24,000 nucleotides of DNA from Halalkalicoccus sp. NIPERK01 (GTDB lineage: Archaea > Halobacteriota > Halobacteria > Halobacteriales > Halalkalicoccaceae). The notes below the pieces were generated by a model. It ran no database searches and was not told the origin of the DNA. It saw only the letters and a list, made by a program, of their open reading frames with translations. This document shows, in pieces, positions 1 to 8,750 of this stretch (position 1 is its first letter; the number at the start of each line of letters is the position of its first letter). The stretch covers positions 702,403 through 726,402 of the forward strand of contig NZ_JASVVV010000001.1 of NCBI RefSeq assembly GCF_030287405.1, read 5' to 3'. Both the position numbers and the translations under genes were made by a program.

Positions 1-433
1 TGTAGGCGGGCACGTTCAGCGGCGCGTACATCGTCCAGCCCGCGTCGAGGCTCCCCCCCTGGAAGAACGACACCCCGAGTAGGAGCCCCGAGAAGAGGTA
101 GAACCAGTACGAGAGCGCGTTCAGCCGGGGGAAGGCCAGGTCCTTCGCGCCGATCTGGAGCGGGACGACGTAGTTCGCAAAGCCCAGCGCGAACGGCGAG
201 AGGAACCAGAACACCATCAACAACCCGTGGGTGGTGACCGCCTCGTTGTACGCGGTCGCCGAGAGGATGCCCTCGCCGGGGACCCACAGCTGGATCCGGA
301 TGAGGAGCGCCAGCACGCCGCCCAGGAGCAGGAAGAACAGCGCGGTGATCGTATAGAGGATCCCGATGTCCTTGTGGTTCGTGGTCACGAGCCAGCGCCG
401 TACCGATTCCGGTGGGGGGAGGTCACCTGCCAT
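1..433 (-). CDS. coxA: Heme-copper (cytochrome c) oxidase subunit I, N-terminal ~144 codons; the gene runs off the left edge of the window
   Basis: Absent from the ORF track because the edge cuts it. My reverse-complement translation from ATG 433-431 gives MAGDLPPPESVRRWLVTTNHKDIGILYTITALFFLLLGGVLALLIRIQLW...GFANYVVPLQIGAKDLAFPRLNALSYWFY, a typical subunit I N-terminus. It starts 2 nt after the subunit II stop codon (438-436). Confidence 0.9.
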   Translation of the reverse strand, partial: MAGDLPPPESVRRWLVTTNHKDIGILYTITALFFLLLGGVLALLIRIQLWVPGEGILSATAYNEAVTTHGLLMVFWFLSPFALGFANYVVPLQIGAKDLAFPRLNALSYWFYLFSGLLLGVSFFQGGSLDAGWTMYAPLNVPAY

Positions 434-435
434 GT

Positions 436-1224
436 CTATGGGTGGGTTGCCGCGTTCGATCCGTCGGTGCCGTCAGCCGCGTCGATCCGGTTCTGGGCGT
501 CGTTCCCCTCGGCCTCCTCGTAGGCCTCGGGGTCCTCGTACCACTGCTCGAACTCGTCGGGCTCCATCACGATCACGTCGGCCTGCATCTGCGAGTGACC
601 GACCCCACAGAGTTCGTAACACCACGCCTGGTACTGGCCGGTCTCCTCGGCGACGAACCACGTCTCGGTGGTCTGGCCGGGGATCGCGTCGGCTTTCACC
701 TTGAGGTCGGGGATCCCGAAGCTGTGCCAGACGTCGTTCGAGGTGACCGTCAGCGTCACGACCCGGTCGGCGGGCACCCGGAGTTCGCCGTTGGTAGTGT
801 GGCCGTTCGGGTACTCGAACTCCCAGCCGAACTGGAAGCCCACGACGGTCACCTCGAGGTCCTCGCCCGCCCCCGTGGGCCCCGCTTCGACGTACAGCAG
901 CGCGCCGTAGGTCCAACCGATCAACCCGAGCACGATGACGGCGCTGATCGCGAAGGAGAGAAAGAGCTTGCGCCCCCCGCCCTCGCTCGAGGGGAGTTCG
1001 CCGAGCGTGGGCCGGTCGGCCTCCGCGACCGCCTCGCCCCGATCCCGGTACCGGTAGGCGTTGTACAGCGTGTAGGTGACGACCACGACGCCGACGACCG
1101 TCCCCAGCACGAGGAACACCAGAAAGATCTCCTCGAACAGCTGTACCTGTGTCCCCCACTCGTCGCCGGGCGTTCGCGGGAGCGGCGCGAGCGGGACTTC
1201 CCTGAGCGAAACCGGATAGTTCAT
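436..1224 (-). CDS. coxB: Heme-copper oxidase subunit II (CuA-binding)
   Basis: Two N-terminal TM helices followed by a cupredoxin domain with the CuA ligand pattern HSF...CYELCGVGHSQM. The ORF track starts at 1260, but codons 1260-1225 are AT-rich with rare codons (gta aga aat ata). I therefore prefer ATG 1224 (MNYPVSL); the start is uncertain. Confidence 0.9.
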   Translation of the reverse strand: MNYPVSLREVPLAPLPRTPGDEWGTQVQLFEEIFLVFLVLGTVVGVVVVTYTLYNAYRYRDRGEAVAEADRPTLGELPSSEGGGRKLFLSFAISAVIVLGLIGWTYGALLYVEAGPTGAGEDLEVTVVGFQFGWEFEYPNGHTTNGELRVPADRVVTLTVTSNDVWHSFGIPDLKVKADAIPGQTTETWFVAEETGQYQAWCYELCGVGHSQMQADVIVMEPDEFEQWYEDPEAYEEAEGNDAQNRIDAADGTDGSNAATHP

Positions 1225-1520
1225 TATCGTTCGGTAGTTATTGTTGTTTCTCGTTACCATTCCACACGGGGGTTTATTACGATTTCGGCGGCGCCGTTCG
1301 ACAACGAAACGTCCGGTCTCGCGTACGGCTCCGCCTTCGAGCGCCCTCCGATCCGACTCGTTGCCCGGAGGGCTACCACCAGACCCCGCCAGTAGGCGCG
1401 GAAAACCGGCAGAGAGCGCACCTATCTCTCATCATCGTTCCTTGCTAATGGATGGCAAAGGCTTTACTGTACCCCGAGCGAACCAATTCACAATGGCCCA
1501 GACGGGCCGGGATTTCACAT

Positions 1521-3425
1521 ATGGCAGACAACGAACTCATCTGGCGAATCGCGGGCGGTTCCGGGGACGGGATCGACTCGACGAGCCAGAACTTCGCGAA
1601 GGCCCTGATGCGCTCGGGGCTGAACGTATTCACGCATCGACACTACCCGTCGCGGATCCGTGGGGGTCACACGTACGTCGAGATCCGCGCGAGCGACGAG
1701 GTCGTCGATTCCCGGGGGGACGGCTACAACTTCCTGCTCGCGCTGGGTGACTCCTTCGCGCGCAACCCGAAGGAGAACGCCTACTACGGCAACGAGGAGA
1801 TCAAGCCACTCAGCGAGAACCTCGACGACCTGCGCGAGGGCGGGATCATCATCTACGATTCCGGGCTGTTGGACGCGAGCGAGATCCCCGACTTCGAGGA
1901 GCGCGCAGAGGAGAACGACTGGCACGTCTTCGGCATCGACCTCCGGAGCATGGCCCGCGAACACGGGCGAGAGGTCATGCGCAACACCGCCGGTGTGGGC
2001 GTCACTGCGGCGCTGCTGGAGATGGATCTCGACGAGATCGAGAACCTCATGGAGAACGCGATGCCCGAGAAGATCCTCGAACCCAACCTCACGATCCTGC
2101 ACGACGCCTACGACATGATCAACGAGGAGTACGAGTTCGAGCACGATCTGCGGATCCCGACGGGCGAGCACGACGAGGACCAGGTCCTCATCTCGGGTTC
2201 CAACGGCGTCGCCTACGGCGCGCTCGACGAGGGCTGTCGGTTCATCGCGGGCTACCCGATGACCCCCTGGACCGACGTCTTCACGATCATGTCCCAGCAC
2301 CTGCCGAAGTTCGGGGGGATCTCCGAGCAGGTCGAGGACGAGATCGCCGCCGCGGCCCTGGCACTCGGCGCGTCCCACGCCGGCGTCAAGGCGATGAGCG
2401 GCTCTTCCGGCGGTGGGTTCGCCCTGATGAGCGAACCGCTCGGCCTCGCGGAGATGTCCGAGACGCCGATCGTCCTCGTTGAAGCGATGCGGGCGGGTCC
2501 CTCGACGGGCCTGCCCACCAAACCCGAACAGGGCGACTTAGAGCACATCCTCTATACGAGCCAGGGCGACTCCTGTCGGGTCGTCTTCGCGCCCGGCACG
2601 CCCCAGGAGGCCTACGAACAGACCCGGACGGCCTTCCAGATGGCCTACGACTACCAGATTCCGGCCATCGTCGTGATCGACCAGAAGCTCTCGGGCGAGA
2701 ACCAGAACGTCCCCGCGAGCGCGTTCGACCGCGAGCCCAACCCGTCTCTGGGGCCGACGCTCACCGAGGCCGAGTTGGAGGACGCCCCGCACGACCCCTC
2801 GGGCAAGTTCAAGCGCTTCAGCCACGACGACCCCGAGGACGACGGCGTCAGGCCGCGCTCGCTGCCCGGCCAGAAGGGCGGGCGGTTCCTCGTGACCGGC
2901 AACGAGCACAACGAGTCGGGCCACATCGAGGAGGACCCCGACAACCGGATCACGCAGATGGACCTCCGGATGAAGAAGCTCGAGTCCATCCGCGAGCACC
3001 TCGACAGCGACCCCGAGAGCTCGAACCAGACGTACTTCGGCCCCGACGAGGCGGAGTACGGCATCGTCACCTGGGGATCGAGCCAGGGCGCGGTGCGCGA
3101 GGCCGTCGAGCGGCTCAACGACCAGGGCCACTCGGTCAAGGCGATCGGCGTCAGCGACCTGATGCCCTTCGCCGAGAAGGAGGTCACGGAGTTCTTAGAG
3201 AGCGTCGACGAGGCGCTGGTCGTCGAGATGAACGCCACCGCGCAGTTCCGCGGGCTCACCCAGCGCGAACTCGGCCAGTTCGGCGAGAAGCTCACCAGCC
3301 TGCTGAAGTACGACGGCAACCCGTTCGAGCCGGCGGAGATCGTCGAGGGCTTCGAGATCCAGATCGCCGGCGGCACCGACGCACCGAGCGCAAACACCAG
3401 ACTCGAACCTGCGGTAAGCGACTGA
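1521..3425 (+). CDS. 2-oxoacid:ferredoxin oxidoreductase, large (alpha) subunit; PorA/KorA family
   Basis: 634 aa from ATG 1521 (MADNELIWRIAGGSGDGIDS...). The central YPMTPWT and GSSGGGFALM segments are typical of the haloarchaeal two-subunit enzymes. The TPP-binding beta subunit follows 4 nt downstream. Subunit sizes suggest the pyruvate-type enzyme, but substrate cannot be read from sequence alone. Confidence 0.9.
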   Translation: MADNELIWRIAGGSGDGIDSTSQNFAKALMRSGLNVFTHRHYPSRIRGGHTYVEIRASDEVVDSRGDGYNFLLALGDSFARNPKENAYYGNEEIKPLSENLDDLREGGIIIYDSGLLDASEIPDFEERAEENDWHVFGIDLRSMAREHGREVMRNTAGVGVTAALLEMDLDEIENLMENAMPEKILEPNLTILHDAYDMINEEYEFEHDLRIPTGEHDEDQVLISGSNGVAYGALDEGCRFIAGYPMTPWTDVFTIMSQHLPKFGGISEQVEDEIAAAALALGASHAGVKAMSGSSGGGFALMSEPLGLAEMSETPIVLVEAMRAGPSTGLPTKPEQGDLEHILYTSQGDSCRVVFAPGTPQEAYEQTRTAFQMAYDYQIPAIVVIDQKLSGENQNVPASAFDREPNPSLGPTLTEAELEDAPHDPSGKFKRFSHDDPEDDGVRPRSLPGQKGGRFLVTGNEHNESGHIEEDPDNRITQMDLRMKKLESIREHLDSDPESSNQTYFGPDEAEYGIVTWGSSQGAVREAVERLNDQGHSVKAIGVSDLMPFAEKEVTEFLESVDEALVVEMNATAQFRGLTQRELGQFGEKLTSLLKYDGNPFEPAEIVEGFEIQIAGGTDAPSANTRLEPAVSD

Positions 3426-3429
3426 GACT

Positions 3430-4365
3430 ATGAGTGCATTCAACGCAATCGGAGAGGAGCGCGAGATCGACCGCGACGAGTTCACGCCGGGTATCGAACC
3501 CCAGCCGACGTGGTGTCCGGGCTGTGGGGACTTCGGCGTGCTCAAGGCGCTGAAACAGGCCCTGCCCGAAGTGGGCCGGACCCCCGAGGAGACCCTGCTG
3601 GTGACGGGGATCGGCTGCTCGGGCAAGCTGAACAGCTACCTCGATTCCTATGGCTTTCACACCATCCACGGCCGTTCCCTGCCCGTGGCGCGGGCCGCGA
3701 AACTCGCCAATCCCGGCCTCGAAGTGATCGCCGCCGGCGGCGACGGCGACGGCTACGGGATCGGCGGGAACCACTTCATGCACACCGCCCGCGAGAACCA
3801 CGACATGACGTATATCGTGTTCAACAACGAGATCTTCGGCCTGACGAAGGGCCAGACCTCGCCGACAAGCCCGAAGGGTCACAAGTCGAAGACCCAGCCC
3901 AGCGGGTCGGCGAAGGACCCGATCCGCCCGCTGTCGCTGTCGCTGACCTCCGGTGCGAGCTACATCGCCCGCACCGCGGCGGTCAACCCCAACCAGGCGA
4001 AGGGGATCCTGAAGGAGGCAATGGAGCACGACGGGTTCGCCCACGTCGACTTCCTCACCCAGTGTCCGACCTGGAACAAGGACGCGAAACAGTACGTCCC
4101 GTACATCGACGTCCAGGAGTCCGACGACTACGACTTCGACGTCCACGACCGCGGGGAGGCACAGGACATGATGTACGAGACCGAGAACGTCCTCAAGGAG
4201 GGCACCGTCCTCACCGGCCGGTTCTACGTCGACGAGGACCGTCCCTCCTACCAGCAGGAGAAACAGGCGATCGGCGAGATGCCCGAGGAACCGCTCGCGG
4301 AGCGGTACTTCGACGACGACTACGAGTGGGAGCGATCGTACGACCTGCTCGATCGTCACCGCTGA
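3430..4365 (+). CDS. 2-oxoacid:ferredoxin oxidoreductase, beta (TPP-binding) subunit
   Basis: Contains WCPGCGDFG near the N-terminus and the TPP-binding block GGDGDGYGIGGNH...NNEIFGLTKGQ. Tightly linked to the alpha subunit. Confidence 0.92.
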   Translation: MSAFNAIGEEREIDRDEFTPGIEPQPTWCPGCGDFGVLKALKQALPEVGRTPEETLLVTGIGCSGKLNSYLDSYGFHTIHGRSLPVARAAKLANPGLEVIAAGGDGDGYGIGGNHFMHTARENHDMTYIVFNNEIFGLTKGQTSPTSPKGHKSKTQPSGSAKDPIRPLSLSLTSGASYIARTAAVNPNQAKGILKEAMEHDGFAHVDFLTQCPTWNKDAKQYVPYIDVQESDDYDFDVHDRGEAQDMMYETENVLKEGTVLTGRFYVDEDRPSYQQEKQAIGEMPEEPLAERYFDDDYEWERSYDLLDRHR

Positions 4366-4397
4366 GATCCCGTTCGGATCCGGGGAGCCGTCAGTCG

Positions 4398-4417
4398 GCC
4401 GTCAGACAAACGGCTTT
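4398..4417 (+). terminator. Possible terminator after the oxidoreductase operon: short hairpin followed by a T-run
   Basis: GCCGT-cagacaa-ACGGC followed by TTTCC, and a longer T-run (TATTTTTTCT) 14 nt further on. The stem is only 5 bp, so this is weak. Confidence 0.25.
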
Positions 4418-4428
4418 CCGATTCGCAA

Positions 4429-4439
4429 GGTATTTTTTC
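4429..4439 (+). promoter_or_regulatory. TATA-like box for the Lrp/AsnC gene (leaderless-type spacing)
   Basis: GGTATTTTTTC is centred about 25 nt upstream of GTG 4460. Confidence 0.4.
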
Positions 4440-4459
4440 TCGGACGCAAAACAGGAGGT

Positions 4460-4888
4460 GTGGCGACGAACTCGACAGCCGACCGGATCCTGGCCGCACT
4501 CGAGGAGGACGCGCAGGCGTCGTACGCGGAGATCGCACGTCAGGCGGGGGTCTCGAAGCCGACCGTCAGGAAGTACATCGACCAGTTGGAGTCGGACGGC
4601 GTGATCGTCGGCTACTCCGCGGACGTCGACCCGAAGAAGCTCTCGGGGCGCTCGATCGCGCTCGTGGGCATCGACGTCGAGAGCGAGCGCTACGTCGAGG
4701 CGACCCGCGCGCTCGGCGGGATAGACGAGGTCGAAGCGCTGTACTCCTCCTCGGGCGACCACATGCTGATGGCGGAGATCCGGGCGACCGACGGCAACGA
4801 GGTCGGCCGGATCATCAGCGAGGAGATCCTCTCGATCGACGGCGTGACCGCCGCCCACCCCTCCTTCCTCCAGGAACGGCTCAAGTAG
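4460..4888 (+). CDS. Lrp/AsnC family transcriptional regulator
   Basis: 142 aa. N-terminal HTH (ILAALEEDAQASYAEIARQAGVSKPTVRKYIDQLESDGVI) followed by a C-terminal RAM/AsnC effector domain (VEALYSSSGDHMLMAEIRA). GTG start. Confidence 0.9.
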   Translation: MATNSTADRILAALEEDAQASYAEIARQAGVSKPTVRKYIDQLESDGVIVGYSADVDPKKLSGRSIALVGIDVESERYVEATRALGGIDEVEALYSSSGDHMLMAEIRATDGNEVGRIISEEILSIDGVTAAHPSFLQERLK

Positions 4889-4916
4889 TTTTAGGCGTCC
4901 GACCCGTAGCCGGCGT

Positions 4917-5390
4917 ATGGCAACCTACGAGCGCGAGACGTACGTCAACGCCCCGCTCGACGACGTCTGGGAGTTTCACTCGCGAGTCGAGGGCCTCGAA
5001 GCGCTGACCCCGAACTGGATGGGACTCGCCATCCGAGGGGTTCGCGGCCCGGACGGCGAACGCGACCCAGAGGTCCTCGAGGCGGGTGCGGAGATCGACA
5101 TGGTGCTTCGCCCGCTCGGCTCTCCGGGGGAGTCGTGGATCTCGGTGATCACCGATCGGAGCGAGAGCGACGAGCGCGCGCTGTTCAGGGACGAGATGCG
5201 CGACGGCCCGTTCGCCCGCTGGAGTCACGTCCACCAGTTCCGCCGCGAGGGGGAGGGCACCCGGATCAGGGATACGGTCCACTACGAACTTCCGGGTGTC
5301 TGTCGGGCCGCCTCGCCACTGGCGGTCGTCGGCTTCGAGCCGATGTTCCGGTATCGCCACCGCAAGACGAAGGAACTGCTCGAGGGTTAG
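4917..5390 (+). CDS. SRPBCC (START/cyclase-dehydrase-like) family protein
   Basis: 157 aa. The N-terminus ETYVNAPLDDVWEFHSRVEGLEALTP and the later GPFARWSHVHQF are typical of SRPBCC ligand-binding proteins. GC3 is high. Confidence 0.75.
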   Translation: MATYERETYVNAPLDDVWEFHSRVEGLEALTPNWMGLAIRGVRGPDGERDPEVLEAGAEIDMVLRPLGSPGESWISVITDRSESDERALFRDEMRDGPFARWSHVHQFRREGEGTRIRDTVHYELPGVCRAASPLAVVGFEPMFRYRHRKTKELLEG

Positions 5391-5803
5391 CGGCGCTCGA
5401 TCTCGAGGATCTCGTCGGGCGTCGTCCCCGTTCTGACGTAGCGTCTGGGATCGCGCTCGAGCGCGAAGACCGCGAGGCGAACGACGAGGCGTCCCGACGG
5501 GAGCGAGGCGCGCAACACGGGACCCGTTCCGGTCACGACGACGTAGGGCGGGGCGGCCACGGGCGCGACGGGCAGGGACTCCCCGAGCGCGGCGGCGGCG
5601 GTGGCGAGCACGGCCGGGTAGCGCTCGAGGAGGTCGGCGCGTTCGAGGGCCGCCGTCAGCGGCTCGACGACGTCCTCGCGTCGAGTCGCCGGGCCGGAAC
5701 GCGCGCGGGCGACGGCGTCGGCGCGGTCGCCCGTCGCCACGAGGAGGTCGGCGTGGGCCGCGAGCAGGCGATTCCGAACCCGACGCTCGTGGCGATGGCC
5801 CAT
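5387..5803 (-). CDS. Hypothetical protein (Ala/Arg-rich, 138 aa), apparently co-transcribed with the PEBP gene
   Basis: Very high GC3 in this frame. The ATG at 5803 lies 1 nt after the PEBP stop (5805-5807). There is a 4-nt convergent overlap with the SRPBCC gene. I recognise no motif. Confidence 0.55.
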   Translation of the reverse strand: MGHRHERRVRNRLLAAHADLLVATGDRADAVARARSGPATRREDVVEPLTAALERADLLERYPAVLATAAAALGESLPVAPVAAPPYVVVTGTGPVLRASLPSGRLVVRLAVFALERDPRRYVRTGTTPDEILEIERR

Positions 5804-5804
5804 C

Positions 5805-6263
5805 TCAGGGCGCGTACGTCCCTCGAAGGGACGCCTCGTCGAGGACGTGGCCCTCGATCGCGTCCTCGAGGTCGTCCTTTCCGGCCGAGGAAGGCAGGTC
5901 GATCGTCGTATCGAGCGCGTAGAGCCGGAACCGGTAGGTGTGTTCGCGGTCCGGCGGGGCCGGTCCGCCGTAGCCCGTCTCGTCGAAGTCGGTCGTCCCC
6001 TCGGTGGCCCCGTCGGCGCTCGGGTTCCATCCTTCGAGGATCTCCGCGTTGACCGGGACGTTCCAGACGATCCAGTGATCCCAGACCTTCCCCGCGGGTT
6101 CCATCGCGTCGGGGTCGTCCACGACGAGCGCGAGCGACTCCGCCCCGTCGGGCACCCCCGAGACCGACAGCGGCGGGCTGACGTTCTCGGCCTCGTAGCC
6201 GTGTTTCTCGGGGATCGGTTCGCCGTCGTCGAACGCCGGACTGGTGAGCGTCAGGTCTCCCAT
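5805..6263 (-). CDS. YbhB/YbcL family Raf-kinase-inhibitor-like (PEBP) protein
   Basis: 152 aa. LALVVDDPDA...WDHWIVWNVP...GYGGPAPPDREHTYRFRLYALD matches the bacterial/archaeal PEBP signature. Confidence 0.9.
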   Translation of the reverse strand: MGDLTLTSPAFDDGEPIPEKHGYEAENVSPPLSVSGVPDGAESLALVVDDPDAMEPAGKVWDHWIVWNVPVNAEILEGWNPSADGATEGTTDFDETGYGGPAPPDREHTYRFRLYALDTTIDLPSSAGKDDLEDAIEGHVLDEASLRGTYAP

Positions 6264-6367
6264 GTGTACCTCCGTGCGGGGTCGTCACGCACCCCGCGAC
6301 GGGGAGAGTTCGTCGGAGTCGTACAAAAAGGTTCGACACGCCTCGGTGGGCGAACGCGACAGCGGAC

Positions 6368-6375
6368 GATATAAG
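6368..6375 (+). promoter_or_regulatory. TATA-like box for the EamA transporter gene
   Basis: GATATAAG is centred about 27 nt upstream of GTG 6399, consistent with a leaderless mRNA. Confidence 0.4.
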
Positions 6376-6398
6376 CGCCCGCCGGCCGACTCCCCGGC

Positions 6399-7283
6399 GT
6401 GTCCCGGGTCTCGCCACCGCTGGCGCTCGCGCTGTCGATCCTCGCGATCAGCACGAGCGCGATCCTCGTGCGCTGGAGCGCGGCCCCGAGCGTCGTCGTC
6501 GCCTTCTACCGCGTCCTGTTCACCCTCCTGTTGCTCGCGCCGCTCGCGCTGGCCCGCCACCGCGCCGACTTCCGCGCGTTCTCGGCTCCCGACGTGGGGG
6601 TCGCCGCCGTCACGGGCGTGGCGCTCGCGGTCCACTTCGCCGCGTGGTTCGAGAGCCTGAACTGGACGAGCGTCGCCGCGAGCGTCACGCTGGTCCAGAC
6701 CCAGCCGGTCTTCGTCGCCGTCGGAGCCTATCTCCTCTTGGACGAGCGGATCACCGTCCACACCGTCGGCGGGATCGTCCTCGCGGTCGCCGGTGCGATC
6801 GTAATGTCCGTGAGCGACCTCCTCGGCGGAACGGCCTTCGCGGGCACCGCCCTCTACGGCAACGCCCTCGCGCTCGTCGGCGGGGTGATGGCGGCCTGTT
6901 ACGTGCTCGCGGGCCGGTCGCTCCGCCAGCGGATCGCCTTGCTACCCTACGTGAGCGTGGTCTACGGCGCGTGTGCGCTCACCCTGTTCGCGGTCGCGCT
7001 GGCCGGTGGCGAGACGCTCACGGGATATCCGGCCCGCGAGTGGGCCCTCTTTCTGGCGATGGCGGTCGGGCCGGGCGTGTTCGGACACACCGTTGTGAAC
7101 TGGGCGCTCGCGCACGTCGAATCGAGCGTCGTGAGCGTCTCACTTCTGGGCGAACCGGTCGGCGCGACGCTGCTCGCGCTCGTGTTGCTCGCGGAGGTGC
7201 CCGGCGTGGCGACCGTCCTCGGGGGGGCGATCGTCCTCTGTGGGATCGTCGTCACCGCACGCGCACAGCGACTGGGCACCTAA
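6399..7283 (+). CDS. DMT superfamily (EamA-type) transporter
   Basis: 294 aa with about 10 predicted hydrophobic helices arranged as two EamA-like halves. GTG start. Confidence 0.85.
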   Translation: MSRVSPPLALALSILAISTSAILVRWSAAPSVVVAFYRVLFTLLLLAPLALARHRADFRAFSAPDVGVAAVTGVALAVHFAAWFESLNWTSVAASVTLVQTQPVFVAVGAYLLLDERITVHTVGGIVLAVAGAIVMSVSDLLGGTAFAGTALYGNALALVGGVMAACYVLAGRSLRQRIALLPYVSVVYGACALTLFAVALAGGETLTGYPAREWALFLAMAVGPGVFGHTVVNWALAHVESSVVSVSLLGEPVGATLLALVLLAEVPGVATVLGGAIVLCGIVVTARAQRLGT

Positions 7284-7894
7284 AAGGGCGTCCACTCGCC
7301 CGCTCGAGAATCGAACCCCCTGATCCGGGCCTCTCGCCGTCCGTCGCGTTCGCGGGTGTCGATACAGGCGTCGAACGGGTCGAGGACCGTGTTGACCGTC
7401 CGTTCGTCGTGCATGGTCGGATCGAACGTCGCCAGACACAGCCATCCCGCGCTCCGAACCTGGCCGGTGAACACCTGTAGGAACCGATAGACCGAGCGCA
7501 GCTCGGCGGCCATCACGAGCGGCGAGACGGAGTGGAGTCCGACGCGCACGTCGTCGCCGGTACGGGAGTCGACGAGGTCGGTGAAGGCGGTGCCGATCCG
7601 CGTCAGGTTCCCCGGTCCGGGAACGTAGCGGACGTCCGCCGAGTCGGCGGTGGCGGCCCCACGGGACCGACTCACGCAGTCGACGATCGAGAGGCGTTCG
7701 GACGCGGCGACCGCCGCGTAGTCCTCGCGCAACGTCGATGCGTCCGTGTCCGTCGTGATCGCGATCGCCTCGCTCCCCGCGAGCAACCGAACGAACAGGT
7801 CGTACTTGCCGGTCATCGGGGGACCGGAGACGAGGAGGGCGGAACCGGCGGGAACCGACTCGACGATCCCCTCTACCTCGATCCGAGGGCTCAT
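7280..7894 (-). CDS. KaiC/RecA-fold protein with degenerate catalytic motifs (putative pseudo-ATPase)
   Basis: 204 aa. The P-loop-like segment is LLVSGPPMTGKYDLF, with Tyr where the Walker A Ser/Thr is expected. ITTDTD replaces the acidic EE pair seen in the neighbouring paralogue. A Walker-B-like RLSIVDCVS is present. GC3 is high. Confidence 0.7.
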   Translation of the reverse strand: MSPRIEVEGIVESVPAGSALLVSGPPMTGKYDLFVRLLAGSEAIAITTDTDASTLREDYAAVAASERLSIVDCVSRSRGAATADSADVRYVPGPGNLTRIGTAFTDLVDSRTGDDVRVGLHSVSPLVMAAELRSVYRFLQVFTGQVRSAGWLCLATFDPTMHDERTVNTVLDPFDACIDTRERDGRREARIRGFDSRAGEWTPF

Positions 7895-8027
7895 GCTTCC
7901 CCCTCAAAACCGCGGGCATATATCTTTTGTACTATTATATTCAGTTTCAATTTTTTACTATACTAAGTAATTGCATATAGAATTGGTAACGAATACGACT
8001 AAGGCGGTGAGGCGATACGTAGCCGGC
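7895..8027. promoter_or_regulatory. Very AT-rich 133-bp divergent promoter region shared by the two KaiC-like genes
   Basis: ATATAT (7918-7923) is centred about 26 nt upstream of ATG 7894 on the minus strand. TTTTTTACTATACTAAG (7950-7966) would serve the plus-strand gene with a roughly 40-nt leader. Confidence 0.5.
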
Positions 8028-8750
8028 ATGGTCGACATCACGGAGACGGGGATCGAGGGTCTCGATTCGATCCTGAACGGTGGACTGGTCACCGACTCGA
8101 CGGTCCTCGTCAGCGGTACCCCGGGGACCGGAAAGACGATCCTCGGGATCCAGTATCTCTATCACGGGACGAAGAAGTTCGACGAGTCCGGTATCTACCT
8201 CACCTTCGAGGAGGACGCGACGGACGTGAAGGAGGCCGCCGAATCGCTCGGGTTCGACGACTGGGGCGACCTCGTCGAGCGCGGCGATATCGCGGTTTAC
8301 GACAAGGAACTCCTCCTCCGCGAGGAGGACTTCTCGACGACGCTCGACACCCTCCTCGAGGAGTTCGAGCGGACCCGATACGACAGACTCGTCGTCGACT
8401 CGCTGACGATGCTGTCGCTCTTTTTCGACACCGAACGCGAGAAACGGACCTACCTCCTGAAGTTCTCGGACATCCTGAAACGAAACGGGCTGACGACGCT
8501 GTTCGTCACCGAACAGGGGGCCCGCTTTCCGAACTGGGAGATCGGCCTCGAGAACTTCCTCACGGACGGCAATATCTATCTGATCCAGACGCCGACCGAC
8601 TCGGGGGTCAATCGGTACATCTGGGTGGCGAAGATGCGAAAACGGCCGGTCGAGACGGACATCTTCCCGATCGATATCGGTCCCGGCGGGATCACCGTCC
8701 ACGACCGCGCGAGCGGTTTCTCCTTCATGGGCGACGAGGGGGCGTTCTAA
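8028..8750 (+). CDS. Single-domain KaiC-like / RAD55-type RecA-superfamily ATPase
   Basis: 240 aa from ATG 8028 (MVDITETGIEGLDSIL). Walker A is VSGTPGTGKT, the acidic pair is LTFEED, and Walker B is RLVVDSLT. The ORF-track TTG start at 7971 lies in AT-rich, non-coding-looking sequence. Confidence 0.88.
   Translation: MVDITETGIEGLDSILNGGLVTDSTVLVSGTPGTGKTILGIQYLYHGTKKFDESGIYLTFEEDATDVKEAAESLGFDDWGDLVERGDIAVYDKELLLREEDFSTTLDTLLEEFERTRYDRLVVDSLTMLSLFFDTEREKRTYLLKFSDILKRNGLTTLFVTEQGARFPNWEIGLENFLTDGNIYLIQTPTDSGVNRYIWVAKMRKRPVETDIFPIDIGPGGITVHDRASGFSFMGDEGAF

Noticed and set aside
1241-1520. Possible gene or RNA in the ~300-bp gap between the oxidase operon and the oxidoreductase operon (169-aa plus-strand ORF, 62-aa minus-strand ORF)
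   Set aside because: The ORFs are basic and low-complexity and overlap the real alpha-subunit start. I saw no convincing structure or motif, so this is most simply a divergent promoter region.
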